Positions 39,982 to 47,770 of a stretch of 64,000 nucleotides of DNA are shown here, piece after piece. The position numbers were made by a program, and so were the translations under genes. The notes below the pieces were generated by a model. That model was not told the DNA's origin. It saw only the letters and a program-made list of their open reading frames with translations, and made no database searches. Origin of the DNA: Bacteroidales bacterium. GTDB taxonomy: Bacteria > Bacteroidota > Bacteroidia > Bacteroidales > PXBB01. The stretch lies in contig JAQVVM010000010.1 in the NCBI GenBank assembly GCA_028698995.1, positions 19,857 through 83,856 of the forward strand. Reading direction: 5' to 3'. The number at the start of each line of letters is the position of its first letter. Within the stretch, counting starts at the first letter, position 1.

Positions 39982-40050
39982 TTTTATACATTTTTGTTGT
40001 TTACAAAAAGCAAAGGCAGACGGTAAAGCCTGCCCATGCTGAAATTATTA

Positions 40051-40665
40051 TTAAAAATTTGTTCTCATAAAATTACAAAAAGCCTGTTCATCAATTATAA
40101 TATTGAATTTTGGGTAATTTTCAATTTTTATAAAAAAAGAATTAGGATTTATAAGCCTGTCAAATTTCGGGTTCTTTACATATAACTCTTTTGATAATTT
40201 TACAATTTTTTGAAGTTTAACCAAATATTCATTTTCATCATCAGAAATATAAATATTATTTGCTGTAATGGTATTTTTTGCACTTTCTGTTAATGATACA
40301 TTTTCACCATCATAAGTTAAAAATGTAGGGGTGCAAAGTTGCGTGTCATAATTACTTTGTTTAATAGATACATTCAGCAAAGAGAATAATTCTGTAGTGT
40401 CCGGTAATTCCATTAACTCCAAATACTTTTGGCGGTTGTAACCTTCCGGCACTTTGATTTTACTTTGAATTGCAGTTTTTACCAATTCATAAGGATTTTT
40501 AAAAAACTGTGCCCATTGATCCGGCTTAAGTGCTTCACCTGTCAGTTGCTCATACAGTTGTAAAGCCTTTTCAGTGTTCTGTTTTGCGGTTTCAAACGCT
40601 GTACTCATTTTAGTTTCATGTTCTTTGTCTTGCTTAATGCAGACGTTTTTTAAATCGTTTTTCAT
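40051..40665 (-). CDS. Hypothetical protein (204 aa)
   Basis: ATG-initiated ORF in the element operon with no recognisable motif. Confidence 0.45.
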   Translation of the reverse strand: MKNDLKNVCIKQDKEHETKMSTAFETAKQNTEKALQLYEQLTGEALKPDQWAQFFKNPYELVKTAIQSKIKVPEGYNRQKYLELMELPDTTELFSLLNVSIKQSNYDTQLCTPTFLTYDGENVSLTESAKNTITANNIYISDDENEYLVKLQKIVKLSKELYVKNPKFDRLINPNSFFIKIENYPKFNIIIDEQAFCNFMRTNF

Positions 40666-40682
40666 TTGTTTTTGATTTTTGA

Positions 40683-41015
40683 TTAATAATTAATTTGATT
40701 TTGAAAAATTGGCTCCGGTAAAGGTTGCCCGGGTATCAGTTGCCCTGCAAATTCGCAGACGTTACCCTTGTTTGATGAATATTTGATATAATAAAAAATT
40801 GTGTCCTGTGATACGTTTTCTATTTTATCAATTTCTTTTAAAGTGATAATGTTTTTTTTAGTAACCTGATTCGTTTTATTCTGATTTATCACTGAATTAA
40901 TTTTTAATCTCATAAAGAATAAAGCTTTTTTCTTTTCAGCTTTTGCCTCTCTTTTGGCTTTTTTCTTAAGATTATTGATAACTTGCTGTTTAATTTTATT
41001 AGTGTTTTTTCTCAT
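40683..41015 (-). CDS. Hypothetical protein (110 aa) with Lys-rich N-terminus
   Basis: KKKAKREAKAEKKK basic stretch. Its start lies 2 nt after the stop of the PolA-like ORF. Confidence 0.4.
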   Translation of the reverse strand: MRKNTNKIKQQVINNLKKKAKREAKAEKKKALFFMRLKINSVINQNKTNQVTKKNIITLKEIDKIENVSQDTIFYYIKYSSNKGNVCEFAGQLIPGQPLPEPIFQNQINY

Positions 41016-41016
41016 A

Positions 41017-42324
41017 TTAGTTAAGGTTTATTTTTTCAAGTAACTTTTTCAAATCCTGTAATCGTTCTAAATAGGGTAAAAACGTTTTTTTACCGTTATT
41101 AAATTTTATTGTAGCAAGATGACAATCAATAAATACAGATACGTTTTTTATAATACTGTATTCATTAAATTTTATGGGTTCTGTAGGTAGTTTGATATTT
41201 GAAAAGAAAAATTCAAGTTCCTGAATATTCCAAACAGATTGTGCCTGAATATCAGTTATTTTATTTATAATAGTGTCCTGCATTATTGGTTCGGGGGGTG
41301 CTTCCGGCACCTCTTTACAATTCAGTTTATAATACTGAAAATTTGCTTTCAAAACCTCATCAAACAAAGCCTTTGCCCTGTGTTCATCATTCTTTTTTAT
41401 TACAATCTCATCATGTATTGATAAGAAAGGTATATTGTTTTTAATTAGCAGTTCCCAAACGCTTCGCATTATACTAACTTCTGTATTTTGTAGTAACCAT
41501 GCTAAATTAGAATGTACTTTGTGTTTGTTATGTGGGTTTTTAGGTATCTCAGCACCTTTAAACTCATTTATCCAGTTTATCCAGTCAGCACTGCCAAACA
41601 TTTTTGAAAGTTCATCACTGGGCTTGCTAAAGAGTATTTCAAAAAATCTTTTCTTTGCTTTATCTCTTGTTTGCAAATTCGCTTTTTGTTGTAACATTAC
41701 ATAAATGTCGGCACCTGAATTAATCCATTCAGAATATTCATTTATACCTATTTTAGAATATAAAATTTTACCTAATAGAAGCGGTTGCATAGTGGCAACA
41801 TCTAAACTGGTGGTTTGTTCATTATCAATTAATAAATTATGTCTTAAGTGCCTGTGAAAATTACTTACAGGGGTGTATACCCTTCCAGCAAATTTATCTA
41901 CAGTGAAAAAAATCCGGGTGTAAACATCTTTGAATTTAAGGAAGGTATCAAAATAAAATGTACTTTCTGAATTAGCCTTTAATCCTGTTCTTTTTAAGTA
42001 ATTCATCATTTGTGCTGTGATATTATCTAACTCCCTTCCCTTTTGCGTGATAAGATTTAAATTAACTGTGCCGGGCTCAGTTGCTTCATAAGAGTAGTAT
42101 GTATATTCATTTTCAGAATGTGAATGAATTATGATTTTCTTTTCTGTGATAAGTTCCTGAAGCAACAAATTATTAAAACAGTCCCGGGCTTTAAAAAAAT
42201 CCACTACATCAGATTTACCAATATTAACAGATGTCTGATTTTCTGCACCTCTTAATCTGAATTGCAAAAACTGTTTAGTTCTTACAAATATTACAAATTC
42301 GTTTTTTATTGCCTCTTTGTTCAT
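41017..42324 (-). CDS. Compact family-A (Pol I-like) nucleic-acid polymerase candidate (435 aa from ATG; 450 aa from the track GTG)
   Basis: Collinear motifs: GRVYTPV; motif A SLDVATMQPLLLG; GADIY; motif B RDKAKKRFFEILFS (R/K/F/F spacing +4/+8/+12); QNTEVSIMR; motif C SIHDEIVI. No exonuclease motifs seen. Numbering follows the 450-aa track ORF. Confidence 0.6.
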   Translation of the reverse strand: MNKEAIKNEFVIFVRTKQFLQFRLRGAENQTSVNIGKSDVVDFFKARDCFNNLLLQELITEKKIIIHSHSENEYTYYSYEATEPGTVNLNLITQKGRELDNITAQMMNYLKRTGLKANSESTFYFDTFLKFKDVYTRIFFTVDKFAGRVYTPVSNFHRHLRHNLLIDNEQTTSLDVATMQPLLLGKILYSKIGINEYSEWINSGADIYVMLQQKANLQTRDKAKKRFFEILFSKPSDELSKMFGSADWINWINEFKGAEIPKNPHNKHKVHSNLAWLLQNTEVSIMRSVWELLIKNNIPFLSIHDEIVIKKNDEHRAKALFDEVLKANFQYYKLNCKEVPEAPPEPIMQDTIINKITDIQAQSVWNIQELEFFFSNIKLPTEPIKFNEYSIIKNVSVFIDCHLATIKFNNGKKTFLPYLERLQDLKKLLEKINLN

Positions 42325-42342
42325 CTTATTGGTTTTCAATGT

Positions 42343-42529
42343 TTTGACTGTGTTAACTGCACTTAACACAGTTCTGTGTTAATACCTGTGTTAACATAGT
42401 ATAATATAAATTTTGTACTCATTTGATTTTCAATTAATTGACTGTGTTAGGTACTGTGTTAACTTACTAATTTTTAATACTGTGTTAATTAACTTGTGCC
42501 TATATATAGGCACAGTTAACACAGTACAG
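42343..42529. promoter_or_regulatory. Iteron-rich putative replication origin of the element
   Basis: The 9-mer CTGTGTTAA occurs direct at 42348, 42374, 42386, 42454 and 42480 (variant CTGTGTTAG at 42442) and inverted at 42363 and 42516. There is an 18-bp perfect palindrome GTGCCTATATATAGGCAC at 42496..42513 and an AT-rich spacer at 42395..42440. Confidence 0.65.
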
Positions 42530-43624
42530 TTAAAATATTTCTTGTTGTTTATCATTTTTATTTAAAGTATAATAAGCATCTCGGGACTTGTCAGCACCCT
42601 GTTTTTTAATAAATCCTTCATTATTATAATACTGTATGAAAGTTCTACACTTGCTTTTCCCAAACTCAAAACCATTTTTGCCAAACTTTAAAATGATATT
42701 TTCCATTAAATCATTATACTTTTGATTTTTTTCAATTTCAAAAACTTCATTAAGTATAATTTTATGTACATTGTCTTGAATGGTATTTACTGTTATTGCT
42801 TTTGTGGCACCTTCTTTTTTTGAAACAAAATTTTCTACAGTTCGGGGCAATCCTTCATTATCAATAACAAATGCAAACTTTTTAAATTCTTTATCTCGGC
42901 AATACTCAGCTTCTACAATTGAAAAATCTGTATTATTACTGTCTTTCGTTATTGATAAGGTAGTTTCTGCTTTATTAATTAGCTCAGTGCCCAAATGTCC
43001 CCGGGCGTTATTATCTGATTTATTTTGATGAAGCACGCAAATAATATGTATCTGTTTTTCTTCACTCCATTTTAAAAGCTTGCTTGCTATGGTGGTGGCT
43101 TGCTCTTCATCATTTATTGAGGTTGCCAAATCTTTAATACCGTCAATGATAACAAAGCCTACATTTGCAGTATTATTAATAGCATATTCGATTAATTCCA
43201 GTCGCTCTGAAGGTGTAAACTTTCTTAAATGATAAATTATAAGGTTATTCGGGTGCGATCTTGTTAATGAACAAATACGTTTAGCGACTATTAAAACATG
43301 ATATTCGCCTTGCTCAGTATCGAAGTATAATATTACACTCTTTTCAGGTGGCAAAAAGCCTGTGATTATTTCTGAATTATCTTTTATTATTGCAGTGATA
43401 ACCATTGTAATAAAAAAGGTTTTTCGGCTTTTAGCTTTTCCAATAACTAAACTGAAATTGCCTAAAGTTGAAATAATACTATCAGAAATTTTCAGGCACC
43501 ATGCCGGCGGTTGTAATTCCTTTGTAAAATCAATTTTAACGCTCTGTAACGTGCTTTCGTTATCTGATTGGGGCTTTTGTTCTTCGCAGACAATATCTGT
43601 AAAGAATTCATCTGGTTTTGTCAT
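42530..43624 (-). CDS. RecA-fold replicative ATPase (RepA/DnaB C-terminal-like, AAA_25-type)
   Basis: Walker A VIGKAKSRKTFF, Walker B GFVIIDGIKDL, HIICVLHQNKSDNNARGHLGTEL. 4-nt overlap with the upstream HTH gene. Confidence 0.65.
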   Translation of the reverse strand: MTKPDEFFTDIVCEEQKPQSDNESTLQSVKIDFTKELQPPAWCLKISDSIISTLGNFSLVIGKAKSRKTFFITMVITAIIKDNSEIITGFLPPEKSVILYFDTEQGEYHVLIVAKRICSLTRSHPNNLIIYHLRKFTPSERLELIEYAINNTANVGFVIIDGIKDLATSINDEEQATTIASKLLKWSEEKQIHIICVLHQNKSDNNARGHLGTELINKAETTLSITKDSNNTDFSIVEAEYCRDKEFKKFAFVIDNEGLPRTVENFVSKKEGATKAITVNTIQDNVHKIILNEVFEIEKNQKYNDLMENIILKFGKNGFEFGKSKCRTFIQYYNNEGFIKKQGADKSRDAYYTLNKNDKQQEIF

Positions 43625-43914
43625 TTTGCACCTGCTCTTCCTTTTTTATATGCCAGTGCTTCTAATACATCAGTTTTGCGAAAAATAATAGTTCTTTGTG
43701 CCTGTGAATAGGGCACTTTACCACTATTCTTAATTTTCTGTGCAGTAGGTACACTTACTTTAAGATACTGAGCAAGCCCATTAATTCCATAAATAAGGGG
43801 TTCGGGTTCGGGCTCGGTGGTGGTGGTGTTTGTGATTGGTTGGTGCTTAATGTCAAGTAATAAACTTTCGATATTACTTAACCGGGCTTCTAATAAATCA
43901 AATGGATTTGTCAT
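43621..43914 (-). CDS. Excisionase/AlpA-like helix-turn-helix DNA-binding protein
   Basis: INGLAQYLKVSVPTAQKIKNSGKVPYSQAQRTIIFRKTDVLEAL resembles an excisionase-family HTH. The ATG at 43914 is preferred over the TTG at 43941. Confidence 0.55.
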   Translation of the reverse strand: MTNPFDLLEARLSNIESLLLDIKHQPITNTTTTEPEPEPLIYGINGLAQYLKVSVPTAQKIKNSGKVPYSQAQRTIIFRKTDVLEALAYKKGRAGAK

Positions 43915-43989
43915 ATTACATTGTTTAAAATTACAATGCAATATTAAAACAGACTAAAAACGGTAACTTGTTACAACGTGTTACAAAGT

Positions 43990-44937
43990 TTATTTAAATT
44001 CATTATTATAATGATATTCTAATATTTTTAATTCATCACTTGCCTTTTGTTTACAAGCTTCCGGCAATATTTCAATAACACTTTTAAATAATTTGATTTT
44101 ATTTTTAAATATTTTTTGGGTATAATTAAATGGTGGTTCTTTTCTGTTAATAGGGCTCGAATAATAATTATATTGATTAAGCAATCTTTGCCCTTTTAAT
44201 CCAAAATCTTTTGCAATTTCATTGCAGTTATCATTTGTAATTGATATACTTTCATAAACATATTTTAATGCAATTTGATTAATAGTTAATCCGGGCTTTT
44301 CTTTTGGTGGCTGTGGCTCAGATTTATTGCATTTCATTTCATATTCAGAACGTGCCAGTTCTGCTTTTATCCATTCAATTAAACCAATAGAATTATAATA
44401 ATCATTTGTGATTTCATCAAATCCAGTACTTTTTGAATAGATGTCAAACAATAAGTTCATTAAATATTTGTGCTTCTCTGAAGGCTCTTTAATGCTTAAT
44501 AACTTTACTTCAATTTCTTCAAATTTAAATTCAAAATTATCAGTCTCTTTCATTATTTCATTAATAAACAAATCAGGATTTAAATCAAACCTATAATCTA
44601 AAATCTGAATATATACCATGCTAATTTTATCAGTTTCAGGATAATGATGTAAAATGCCTAAAATTCTATCAATAAAAAATAGTTGTTCAACTTCATTAAA
44701 CTTATATAAAATTGATATTTGTTTAATTTTTTCAAGACAAGCAAAAGGCTTATTGCTATTATTTTGAATAAAAAAATAAATATCATGTAAAGCTTTGATG
44801 AATACACTAAAATTTTTATTTGTTTTTGGCTTATTGCTTCCTGAAAAAAGAAAATACAAACTTTGTGCATTTACGTTAAAATGTCCATCAGGAGTGCTTA
44901 AGTATTTATCATAATTAATTTTTTCTTCTTTTTTCAT
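43990..44937 (-). CDS. Hypothetical protein (315 aa)
   Basis: ATG-initiated with a 4-nt overlap with the integrase stop. No recognisable motif. Confidence 0.45.
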   Translation of the reverse strand: MKKEEKINYDKYLSTPDGHFNVNAQSLYFLFSGSNKPKTNKNFSVFIKALHDIYFFIQNNSNKPFACLEKIKQISILYKFNEVEQLFFIDRILGILHHYPETDKISMVYIQILDYRFDLNPDLFINEIMKETDNFEFKFEEIEVKLLSIKEPSEKHKYLMNLLFDIYSKSTGFDEITNDYYNSIGLIEWIKAELARSEYEMKCNKSEPQPPKEKPGLTINQIALKYVYESISITNDNCNEIAKDFGLKGQRLLNQYNYYSSPINRKEPPFNYTQKIFKNKIKLFKSVIEILPEACKQKASDELKILEYHYNNEFK

Positions 44938-46274
44938 GCTTCATTAAACTTATTCATTGATACTGCTTTCTGTTTATCGGTAATCTTAATATATGCCTCG
45001 AGTGTGCGGTGGTCTTTATGGCCAGTCCATGCCCTTATAATATCGGGTTGTATTCCTAAATATAAAGCATTGATAATAAAAGTTTTTCGGGCGGTGTGGG
45101 TTGTTAACAGTTCCCATTTTTCAAAAGTCGTATCAATACGCTTGTTACCCCTAAATTCTGTTATACTCTCTTTGCTGTCAAATCCTGCCAAACGTGCAGC
45201 TTCTTTTAGATACTCATTATACTTTTGGTTGCTAATTACAGGAAACGCCCTGTTATCTCTTAAATCAATATTCATGTACTTATTCCAAATGGCAACTGCA
45301 TATTTGTTTAACTGAATTGTAAGTTTGTCATCAGTCTTTACAGTCATAATTTCAATATACAAATTACCTTCAGCATCTTGTTTGAAGTCGTTCTTTTTCA
45401 GGTTTGCAATATCTGAGTATCGAAGCGACGTAAAGCAACAAAAGCAATATACATCTCTAATTTGTGCCAGTTTGGTATTACTCAGAAAATCAAAGTTATT
45501 AAAATGCTGTAATTCATTCCACGATAAAAAAACAATATTATTTTGATAGTCGCCTGTTGAAGTGCCTTTAAATTTAAACTCAAAATTCTTAAAAGTAAAA
45601 TTAGTATTATATCCCTTCTTTACACCCCAATTTAAAAACCACTTAAAAAGCTTCATATACTTTAAATTAGTGGTGTTATTCAGCTTCAAAACAGTTCTTT
45701 GATAGTTTATATAGCTTTGCAGTAATTCGCTTGTAATGTCGTTAAAATGCAAATCTTTATTATATGCTGATAAGTGGGTTTTTAAGGTTTTAATTTTTTT
45801 AATAGTGCTTTCGCTCCAGTCTTTTGCTGTGCCTTCACTGTCGATAAATTCCTGTACATATTCAATCAGATTTTTAGGGCGTTCGGTAACTGGTGTTTGT
45901 TCTTCTTCAAAACTTTCTAACTTTTCAATAATTTCAGTTAATTCCTTCCAAATATATTTTTTATTTACAGACAAATTTAAGTCTATAGCATTTTTATAAA
46001 TATTTGGTAATTGCTCTTTAATTAGTGCAATACGCTTGTTTATAGTGCCTGCTGTAACTCCCTGTTTATTGATATTATTACGCTTTACAATCTGTTCATC
46101 ATTGTTCCATTTATCAATGTCAATCCGATAACCTATAGGATAAATTGCCCTTTGCCCATCAAATTCAAAATCAATAAGTATAGGTACATTTTCAGTAATT
46201 AATTGCCCTGTGGTCTTGTCTTTTCTCTTTTCTAACTTAAAGCCTGTGATTGCCAGTGTTTTTCTACTTTTCAT
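44934..46274 (-). CDS. int: Tyrosine recombinase/integrase (Bacteroidota-type, long N-terminal arm/SAM-like domains)
   Basis: Catalytic-domain motifs FTSLRYSDI (Arg), HTARKTF (H-x-x-R), WTGHKDHRTLEAYIK (His...Tyr). Adjacent to attR. Confidence 0.85.
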   Translation of the reverse strand: MKSRKTLAITGFKLEKRKDKTTGQLITENVPILIDFEFDGQRAIYPIGYRIDIDKWNNDEQIVKRNNINKQGVTAGTINKRIALIKEQLPNIYKNAIDLNLSVNKKYIWKELTEIIEKLESFEEEQTPVTERPKNLIEYVQEFIDSEGTAKDWSESTIKKIKTLKTHLSAYNKDLHFNDITSELLQSYINYQRTVLKLNNTTNLKYMKLFKWFLNWGVKKGYNTNFTFKNFEFKFKGTSTGDYQNNIVFLSWNELQHFNNFDFLSNTKLAQIRDVYCFCCFTSLRYSDIANLKKNDFKQDAEGNLYIEIMTVKTDDKLTIQLNKYAVAIWNKYMNIDLRDNRAFPVISNQKYNEYLKEAARLAGFDSKESITEFRGNKRIDTTFEKWELLTTHTARKTFIINALYLGIQPDIIRAWTGHKDHRTLEAYIKITDKQKAVSMNKFNEA

Positions 46275-46444
46275 ATTTGAGTGTATTTATATTTACACTC
46301 CAAATTTACACTCTATTTTTGATTAATGCAAATTTATTTTAATTTATTTTGTTTAAAAGATAAATTTATTATACCTTTGAACAGTGGCTTATAAGACTTC
46401 TTTAATATTTTTAGTTTAATATTAATTAAAATAAAATTATAGAG

Positions 46445-46460
46445 CCCGCAGCTCCACAAA
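46445..46460 (+). repeat. attR core (duplicated tmRNA 3' end)
   Basis: CCCGCAGCTCCACAAA, identical to 39240..39255. Confidence 0.85.
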
Positions 46461-46667
46461 ACAGTATTGAGTGTGAGTAGAGAGCAAGAGGATTACTAGT
46501 ATTAAGTTTTACGAACGCTCAATACTGTTTTGTCCCTCAAGACTCAAACTCAAACTCCAACTGTGCAAAAAATCAGTTTTGAGTGTGAGTTCCGAGCAAG
46601 AGCGAGGAAAGAACATTTAAAACTGTTTTGTCCCTCAAAACTCAAACTCTAACTCAAACTGCATTTA

Positions 46668-47012
46668 ATGTTCGATTTCGAAAAACTTGACGTTTATAAC
46701 AAAGCAAAAAATTACAACCTAAAAGTTACATCATTTCTTAACACTACAAAAGTTGATAAAAACACTCTCGACCAGCTCAGAAGAGCTTCATTCAGCATTA
46801 TGCTTAATATAGCAGAGGGTTCCGGAAGGTTTACTAAACCTGACAAACGAAACTTTTATATTATTGCAAGAGGTTCAGCATTTGAATGTGTAGCTATTTT
46901 TGATTATATGAAAGATATAAGCATCATTAATGAGATAGAATATGAAGAATTTTACTCTTTACTTGAAGAAATTTCTAAAATGCTTTATTCCTTGATTAAA
47001 GGATTGCAATAA
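46668..47012 (+). CDS. Four-helix-bundle protein (23S rRNA intervening-sequence protein / Avd-like family), copy 1
   Basis: 114 aa. FEKLDVY..A......V......K......DQLRRASFSI.LNIAEGSGRF...D...FY.IARGS..E is typical of this family. Confidence 0.8.
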   Translation: MFDFEKLDVYNKAKNYNLKVTSFLNTTKVDKNTLDQLRRASFSIMLNIAEGSGRFTKPDKRNFYIIARGSAFECVAIFDYMKDISIINEIEYEEFYSLLEEISKMLYSLIKGLQ

Positions 47013-47206
47013 ATCAGTTTTGAGTGTGAGTTCCGAGCAAGAGCGAGGAAAGAACATTTAAAACTGTTTTGTCCCTCAAGACTCAAACTCAAACTCCAAC
47101 TGTGCAAAAAATCAGTTTTGAGTGTGAGTTCCGAGCAAGAGCGAGGAAAGAACATTTAAAACTGTTTTGTTCCTCAAAACTCAAACTCTAACTCTAACTT
47201 CATTTA

Positions 47207-47551
47207 ATGTTCAATTTCGAAAAACTTGACGTTTATAACAAAGCAAAAAATTACAACCTAAAAGTTACATCATTTCTTAACACTACAAAAGTTGATAAAA
47301 ACACTCTCGACCAGCTCAGAAGAGCTTCATTCAGCATTATGCTTAATATAGCAGAGGGTTCCGGAAGGTTTACTAAACCTGACAAACGAAACTTTTATAT
47401 TATTGCAAGAGGTTCAGCATTTGAATGTGTAGCTATTTTTGATTATATGAAAGATATAAGCATCATTAATGAGATAGAATATGAAGAATTTTACTCTTTA
47501 CTTGAAGAAATTTCTAAAATGCTTTATTCCTTGATTAAAGGATTGCAATAA
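47207..47551 (+). CDS. Four-helix-bundle protein, copy 2
   Basis: Identical to copy 1 except codon 3 (GAT to AAT, D3N), 539 nt downstream. Confidence 0.8.
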   Translation: MFNFEKLDVYNKAKNYNLKVTSFLNTTKVDKNTLDQLRRASFSIMLNIAEGSGRFTKPDKRNFYIIARGSAFECVAIFDYMKDISIINEIEYEEFYSLLEEISKMLYSLIKGLQ

Positions 47552-47743
47552 AACAGTATTGAGTGTGAGTAGAGAGCAAGAGGATTACTAGTATTAAGTT
47601 TTACGAACGCTCAATACTGTTTTGTCCCTCAAGACTCAAACTCAAACTCTAACTCAAACTGTTAAAACCTTAATATTCAAATCCCTGAAGAGTAAAATAT
47701 CAAAGATGCTTAAAATTTTACTAAAACTAAACCAGTAAATACT

Positions 47744-47751
47744 TAACTTTG
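47744..47751 (+). promoter_or_regulatory. -7 box TAACTTTG upstream of the HKD nuclease gene
   Basis: Matches TAnnTTTG, 20 nt upstream of the ATG at 47771. Confidence 0.35.
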
Positions 47752-47770
47752 GTATTTAATAAACTCTAGC

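Larger units (their letters stand above)
39240..46460 (-). mobile_element. 7.2-kb integrative element inserted in the 3' end of ssrA (integrase, Xis-like HTH, RepA/DnaB-like ATPase, iteron origin, PolA-like ORF, small ORFs)
   Basis: A 16-bp direct repeat CCCGCAGCTCCACAAA at 39240..39255 (within the tmRNA 3' end) and 46445..46460. All 11 ORFs lie on the minus strand and are tightly packed or overlapping. The element looks lower in GC than its flanks by eye. A tyrosine recombinase sits at the attR-proximal end. Confidence 0.85.
46458..47661 (+). repeat. Five copies of a ~90-105-nt composite structured repeat (types A and B) interleaved with two four-helix-bundle genes; 539-bp tandem duplication
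   Basis: Units: A1 46458..46563, B1 46572..46661, B2 47013..47102, B3 47111..47200, A2 47552..47661. Each unit reads CAGT(A/T)TTGAGTGTGAGT - loop containing GAGCAAGAG - A(A/T)ACTGTTTTGTCCCTCAA(G/A)ACTCAAACTC(A/T)AACTC. In type A the arms AAAACAGTATTGAG / CTCAATACTGTTTT form a 14-bp stem. Confidence 0.85.

Noticed and set aside
39677-40042. 121-aa plus-strand ORF (MILLFLSFVLYFSFLSLF...)
   Set aside because: It is antisense to the better-supported 91-aa and 59-aa minus-strand ORFs. It has a low-complexity Ser/Leu/Phe composition typical of AT-rich shadow frames.
46458-47661. Diversity-generating retroelement (the four-helix-bundle protein is Avd-like) or a CRISPR array
   Set aside because: The window has no reverse transcriptase and no TR/VR pair with A-specific differences. 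The two gene copies differ at a single G/A position. The repeats are ~90-105 nt composite units, not short direct repeats separated by spacers.
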